64,000 bases of DNA. It comes from an uncultured bacterium (GTDB taxonomy: Bacteria > Patescibacteriota > Minisyncoccia > Phycocordibacterales > PALSA-1337). Numbering within the stretch: position 1 is the first letter of the stretch; the number at the start of each line of letters is the position of its first letter. The stretch is taken from contig CAIMDG010000002.1 in assembly GCA_903839725.1 (NCBI GenBank), positions 1,078-65,077 of the forward strand, in the 5' to 3' direction. The translations under genes were made by a program, and so were the position numbers. Positions 59,443-64,000 of this stretch are shown here, piece by piece. A model generated the notes under the pieces. That model made no database searches, had not been told where the DNA came from, and saw only the letters and a program-made list of their open reading frames with translations.

Positions 59443-60822
59443 CTACAACTGGTTTATATTCTGCTGAATTATATTCGCCTGATTTATTGCATTGGTACCA
59501 TACCCAGCAATCGCTCTTGATTTAGTACATGAACTACCTGAATAATATTTACATGCAGCATTTCTTTCGGCTGTATATCCACCATTTCCTGCACCAAGAT
59601 CATCTAGATACAATGCTGAAGCCATGAATGCATGCGCAGGGTTCCATGGGTTTGGTTCGTCAGCTATACCAAGAGCTCCACGAAGACGATCGGTAAACAA
59701 TGCCCACGTTGAAGGAATAAACTGCGCAGGACCCATCGCACCTCCCCAACCACCGACAGATGCCTGCTGACATGAAACAACTGTCTTCATCGGATCAAAA
59801 CCAAGTGATTTCGTAATTTCCAAGAATGGTTGAATGTCACGAGTTGGTTTCATAACATTCGGACTGAAACTCCCTGTCTTAATATTGATGCCATCTCCAG
59901 TTGAAAGATTTGAAATATAACACTGACCAACGTTCGCCCCGAGAGCTGATTCATTCGTAAGGATGGCGAGCAAGAATGCAGGTCGTACACCAGTCTTCGC
60001 TGATGCAGCTTGTGCATAGGTGAGAGCCTGACCAAACGGAATCTTTACTCCACCAGCCAATGGGAATAATGCCGCACGAATCTTCGCAGCTTGTGATGCC
60101 TTTTGCGCAGCAAGAGATGAGTACGCCTTTTCATTATCCTTACTCAGTGCAAGAAGTTGTTTCTGGGTCTTCTTATCAGTCTCTATATTCTTTTGTTGCT
60201 GTTGAATAATATATCGCGCATCCATTTCAGTATTTTGTCGCACTTCAAGAGCGTCTTTTTCAGCGGTAGTACTTGCTTGATCTGTGCGAAGTTGTTCGAA
60301 TACTGTTTTTAAACTTTCTTGCACAGACTGAAATGTATCAAGATCTTGGAAGAAACCAGCCACTGATGTTTGAGATAAAGCAACTTCAGGGAATGAGTAT
60401 GCATCGACTTCATTTGTCTTGCGCATAATGGCGGCGAGAGTCGCTTTGCCTGAATCAATACGACTTTCTAAATCATCAATATGAGCTTGCTTCTGAGTAA
60501 TGTTATTACTCAATGTTTGTATCAAGAGATTCTTTGCTTTTATTTGTAGTTCAGCCGCCTTGATCTTTGCATCAAGCACTGCAATATCATTCGTCAACGA
60601 AGAACTCTTGGCTTGAGCGGCAGTGAGTTGATCTTGAGCTGCCTGATATTCAGCATTACATGCATTGTATACAGCCGTCAGACGGTCTTTACGTTGCTGA
60701 GAACTCTCACCTGGCAATGAGTCAGGCGCCTCACTACATGTCACCGCTTGTGCATGTGCAAAAAAAGGTGTGGTGAACAATAAGAAAACCGCCAGAACGG
60801 TGAAGCGAACATGCATTTTCAT
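59443..60822 (-). CDS. Secreted coiled-coil protein with lytic transglycosylase-like domain
   Basis: Signal peptide, PcsB-like coiled coil, LLAILTNESALG..GGAMGPAQFIPSTW..NPWN. Confidence 0.8.
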   Translation of the reverse strand: MKMHVRFTVLAVFLLFTTPFFAHAQAVTCSEAPDSLPGESSQQRKDRLTAVYNACNAEYQAAQDQLTAAQAKSSSLTNDIAVLDAKIKAAELQIKAKNLLIQTLSNNITQKQAHIDDLESRIDSGKATLAAIMRKTNEVDAYSFPEVALSQTSVAGFFQDLDTFQSVQESLKTVFEQLRTDQASTTAEKDALEVRQNTEMDARYIIQQQQKNIETDKKTQKQLLALSKDNEKAYSSLAAQKASQAAKIRAALFPLAGGVKIPFGQALTYAQAASAKTGVRPAFLLAILTNESALGANVGQCYISNLSTGDGINIKTGSFSPNVMKPTRDIQPFLEITKSLGFDPMKTVVSCQQASVGGWGGAMGPAQFIPSTWALFTDRLRGALGIADEPNPWNPAHAFMASALYLDDLGAGNGGYTAERNAACKYYSGSSCTKSRAIAGYGTNAINQANIIQQNINQL

Positions 60823-60840
60823 ATGTATATATTATAGCAA

Positions 60841-60858
60841 CAAGGTCTACCCTTGTCG
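60841..60858 (+). repeat. 18-bp REP-like hairpin repeat, intergenic
   Basis: CAAGGTCTACCCTTGTCG; embedded in a larger palindrome 60831-60865. Confidence 0.75.
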
Positions 60859-60873
60859 CTATAATTCTGTATC

Positions 60874-60902
60874 AAAAAATCAGCCCACCTGGGCTGATTT
60901 TT
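60874..60902 (-). terminator. Terminator after rplY
   Basis: AAAAAATCAGCCCA-CC-TGGGCTGATTTTT. Confidence 0.8.
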
Positions 60903-60916
60903 CGTAAAATTAAAAC

Positions 60917-61591
60917 TTACTTTTTCTCTTCCTTTGCTGGAGCATCAGCACCAGCTTCACCTTCCTTCACTTCCTTGCCCTTTGCATCAGAAACTTCAAT
61001 AGCTGACATATCGATAGCTGTAGGAGCCTCTTCCTTCTCTTCCTTAGGCTCAGAAACTGAGGCGACAACTTCTTCTGGACTGATCTTGAGATCAACACCT
61101 GCGGGAAGCTTCAAATCCTTTGCATGAATAACATCGGAAATTTCGACGAGCTTTGAAATATCAACTTCAATCTCGTGTGGGAGATCCTTTGGAGCTGCTT
61201 CAATTTCGATTTCACGCTGAACCTTCACGAGGATACCGCCCTTGTCCTTGATAGCTGGAGCAACACCAACGAACACAAGCTGAACTGCAACCTGAACTTT
61301 CTTGCCCTTTTCGAGAACATAAAAATCAGCATGGCGAGGTTCGCCTGAAAGTGGATGAACATCAACTTCATGAATGAGAGTCTCGTGTTCACTTGAACCT
61401 TCTTTGATGATAACAACTGATGATTCACCTGCCTTTTTCCAGACTTTCTTGAATTCTACCAATGATACTGAAACAGGAGTTGAAGACTCTTTGGGACCAT
61501 AAAATACAGCGGGCATACGGCCAGCCTTACGAAGTACATCGAGATTTACCTTTACGTCACGCTTTTCTGCGGTTAGATTGAATGTTGCCAT
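60917..61591 (-). CDS. rplY: 50S ribosomal protein L25/Ctc
   Basis: LRKAGRMPAVFYG, HADFY, LPHEIEVDISKL. Confidence 0.93.
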   Translation of the reverse strand: MATFNLTAEKRDVKVNLDVLRKAGRMPAVFYGPKESSTPVSVSLVEFKKVWKKAGESSVVIIKEGSSEHETLIHEVDVHPLSGEPRHADFYVLEKGKKVQVAVQLVFVGVAPAIKDKGGILVKVQREIEIEAAPKDLPHEIEVDISKLVEISDVIHAKDLKLPAGVDLKISPEEVVASVSEPKEEKEEAPTAIDMSAIEVSDAKGKEVKEGEAGADAPAKEEKK

Positions 61592-61686
61592 AGGTCTCTA
61601 AGAATAATATAAGTCAGCCAAAAAGGCAAGTTCCTTGGCTATAATTCATGAAAATATGAATCTTGCGAGAAATTGAGTAACTACTG

Positions 61687-61893
61687 TTAGAACACGAAGA
61701 AATAAATAACTGAAGCAGCAATAGCAAAATTGATGACAACAATTGCTATGAGAATTGGTTTTGCTCCTGCGTCGTCTTTCACAATACCACGACGAATGAG
61801 CCAACCTGCTATACCTGACTCACGAGACTGGCCAGGAAATTGTCGCGAGGTAAATTGACGTGCTTGTTGATCTGTATCAAATTCAATAGACAT
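61687..61893 (-). CDS. Small single-TM membrane protein
   Basis: WLIRRGIVKDD plus TM helix; third member of the 6202/17808 family. Confidence 0.65.
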   Translation of the reverse strand: MSIEFDTDQQARQFTSRQFPGQSRESGIAGWLIRRGIVKDDAGAKPILIAIVVINFAIAASVIYFFVF

Positions 61894-61919
61894 ACGAGTA
61901 ATAATTACTTTGTATATTT

Positions 61920-62888
61920 CTAGTATACCATGTTTGCAGGAATACCACTTTCGAGAGTTGTGATGATATTTTGAGCTGACAAAATAGCCATATCCAGCCG
62001 AGCTTGTTCAGTTGCTGAGGCAATATGAGGTGTAATAACAACATTTGACAACCCTACGAGACCGGGAGTAAGAGCGGGTTCATTTTCAAATACATCTAAC
62101 CCTGCACCAGCGATCACCTTATTCTTGAGAGCATTCACCAATGCCGCCTCATCAACGATTGGTCCGCGTGCAGTATTGATCAAGAGTGCACTTGGCTTCA
62201 TCAATTTCAAATGACTTTCATTGATAAGGTGATGGGTTGATTCATTCAAAGGCACATGAATCGAAACAACATCAGCCTGCTTCATAACATCTTCGATCAT
62301 TGGCCAAAATGAAGCTCCGTGAATACTTTCTATTTTTTCATTACGAGTTATATCGTGATACACGACACGCATACCAAATCCTCGAGAAGCTATCCGAGCA
62401 ACTTCTGTACCAATTCTTCCTGCGCCGATAAGTCCCATCGTCTTTCCTGCAATCTTGGTTCCGTGGAATATCATCGGATCCCAGCCCTTATATTTCCCTG
62501 CACGAAGAAATGTATCCCCTTCAACAATCCTACATGACAATGCAAGGATAAGTGCCCATGCATGTTCCGCAACACGATCTGCTCCACCTCCGGGAGTATT
62601 GGTCAAATATACACCACGCTTCTTACCTTCTTCTACATTAAAATTATTGAAACCTATAGCGTAGTTAGCAAATATTTTAACAGAGGGTGCCGCCGCAAAT
62701 ACTTCAGCATCAATAGTATCAGTCAACAAAGTAAGCACTGCATCATATGGTTTTGCTTTCAAGGCCACAATCACTTCTTGCTTGGTAAGTGGGCGATCAA
62801 GTGGACTTACATCTACCGCATACCCACGATTCGTGAGCATTGATATACCAATATCGGGAATTTTTCTTGTGATAAATACTGATTTCAT
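61920..62888 (-). CDS. D-isomer 2-hydroxyacid dehydrogenase (glyoxylate reductase/D-glycerate DH-like)
   Basis: GLIGAGRIG, INTARGPIVDE, AGLDVFENEP, TPHIAS. Confidence 0.92.
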   Translation of the reverse strand: MKSVFITRKIPDIGISMLTNRGYAVDVSPLDRPLTKQEVIVALKAKPYDAVLTLLTDTIDAEVFAAAPSVKIFANYAIGFNNFNVEEGKKRGVYLTNTPGGGADRVAEHAWALILALSCRIVEGDTFLRAGKYKGWDPMIFHGTKIAGKTMGLIGAGRIGTEVARIASRGFGMRVVYHDITRNEKIESIHGASFWPMIEDVMKQADVVSIHVPLNESTHHLINESHLKLMKPSALLINTARGPIVDEAALVNALKNKVIAGAGLDVFENEPALTPGLVGLSNVVITPHIASATEQARLDMAILSAQNIITTLESGIPANMVY

Positions 62889-62892
62889 AAAA

Positions 62893-63753
62893 CTATAATC
62901 CGTTTACGATTCTCAACTTCTCTTCAACTACCTTTCGCATTGCCATCTTGGCTGGTCTCAAATATTTGTATGGAGCGACTTCATCAGGATTTTCAGAAAG
63001 AGCTTTCACAAGTCCTCCACGATACGCCACACGAAGTTCGGTATTCACATGAACAATAGCTACACCGCCCTTGATACAGCCGCGTATATCATCAGCTGTA
63101 TTCCCTGAAGCACCATGAAGAACCAACGGCACCTTGGTTACTGTAGAGATTTCTTGAACACGCCCGATATTCAATGCAGGCTCACCTCCGCGAATCAAAC
63201 CATGAATATTACCGACAGCAGGAGCAAGCATGTCGACACCAGTTTCTTGAATGAAAGACAGTGCTACTTCAGGTTTTGTCATATTCTCAGCACCAACGAT
63301 AGCGCCGGCAGGAATAGCATCAAGTAATTTCGAAGAAGTTCCAATAAACCCAAGCTCACCTTCAACGAGCACGTCACGTCCAGAAGCGCGCGCATATGCA
63401 ACACACTTTTTTGCGGCCGCCACATTGTCTTCAAAAGAAAGTTGTGCCCCGTCAAAAATAACTGAATCAAAACCAGCATCAATCGCTTCCTTAACTCGTT
63501 CGAATGAGTAGGTGTGATCTGCATTCAAGAAAATTGGCTGTTTTCTCTGTTCACGAATACTTTTGACTACAGCTGCGATTTCATTCACGCCAACATAATC
63601 ACGTTCACCTTCTGAAACACCAATAATAACTGGGACCTTGAGTTCCTTTGCTGCATCAGCAACTGCCCAAACTCCATCGAGTGTTGAAATATTGAAATGT
63701 CCTATCGCTACCTTTTTACTAATGGCTTCTTGAATATGTTCACGTAATGTCAT
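62893..63753 (-). CDS. fba: Class II fructose-bisphosphate aldolase
   Basis: AIGHFN, NADH, VEGELG, APAVGNIHG, LVLHGASG, VNTELR; start set at MTLRE. Confidence 0.92.
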   Translation of the reverse strand: MTLREHIQEAISKKVAIGHFNISTLDGVWAVADAAKELKVPVIIGVSEGERDYVGVNEIAAVVKSIREQRKQPIFLNADHTYSFERVKEAIDAGFDSVIFDGAQLSFEDNVAAAKKCVAYARASGRDVLVEGELGFIGTSSKLLDAIPAGAIVGAENMTKPEVALSFIQETGVDMLAPAVGNIHGLIRGGEPALNIGRVQEISTVTKVPLVLHGASGNTADDIRGCIKGGVAIVHVNTELRVAYRGGLVKALSENPDEVAPYKYLRPAKMAMRKVVEEKLRIVNGL

Positions 63754-63783
63754 GTGATTATTATACCTTGCCACAGTTGTTTC

Positions 63784-63903
63784 GCGAAGCAGGAGGGTGT
63801 GTACTCATTTTTCTCTTATAGGTTAGAGGCCCTCACATCACTCCGCATACCACATTGTTTTTAACCTATGAGAGAAAAATGAGTACACACCCTCCTGCTT
63901 CGC
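63784..63903. repeat. Long palindromic element, family A, copy 4 (most diverged, core reversed)
   Basis: 42-bp arms 63784-63825 / 63862-63903 (one T.G mismatch); central 38 bp 27/38 identical to copy 3 core without gaps; ACTCATTT motif in arms. Confidence 0.9.
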
Positions 63904-63923
63904 CCCTATGATATAATCAACAC

Positions 63924-64000
63924 ATGTTCAAGAAGTCACTCGATGTTCTCGCTATAGGCGACCTCGCCACCGATGCTTTTATTCGTCTCGAAAAAGCAGA
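63924..64000 (+). CDS. 5' fragment, probably PfkB-family carbohydrate kinase
   Basis: MFKKSLDVLAIGDLATDAFIRLEKA (DV..IG....D pattern); divergent from fba; truncated by window end. Confidence 0.5.
   Translation, partial: MFKKSLDVLAIGDLATDAFIRLEKA

Noticed and set aside
1036-63903. Family A palindromes as CRISPR repeats or integron attC sites
   Set aside because: Copies are dispersed rather than tandem with spacers. GTT..AAC occur in the opposite order to attC (AAC..GTT), there are no extrahelical bulges, and no cas or intI gene is present.

Overview
Gene-dense, fairly AT-rich bacterial chromosome segment. Gene content and style point to a Patescibacteria/CPR (Parcubacteria-like) genome (inference): type IV pilin-like genes, TrmB-type regulators, binding proteins anchored by a membrane helix, and apparently leaderless promoters. 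Core genes: typA, truB, hisS, a UvrD/PcrA helicase-nuclease fusion, rpoD, dnaG, rpoB, rpoC, trmD-khpA-rpsP, secG, rnj, rplY, fba and tRNA-Ser(GGA). Accessory content includes two pilin clusters, a two-component pair and several stand-alone ORFans. A ~15 kb branched-chain-amino-acid-type ABC locus has one livH/M/G/F core, 7 substrate-binding proteins and 4 TrmB-like regulators, each regulator paired divergently with a binding protein. The most striking unexplained signal is a dispersed family of ~116-128 bp palindromic elements at 1036, 26429, 29322 and 63784. They share a fixed-length 38-bp core. Their 39-45 bp arms differ between copies yet stay almost perfectly self-complementary, and every copy abuts outward-facing promoter-like motifs. 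In one case the mirror symmetry extends to the start codons of both flanking genes. Other palindrome types also occur, including a ~124-bp one in frame inside dnaG and an 18-bp repeat inside truB and overlapping the end of trmD. No transposase, integrase, reverse transcriptase, CRISPR array or rRNA was seen.
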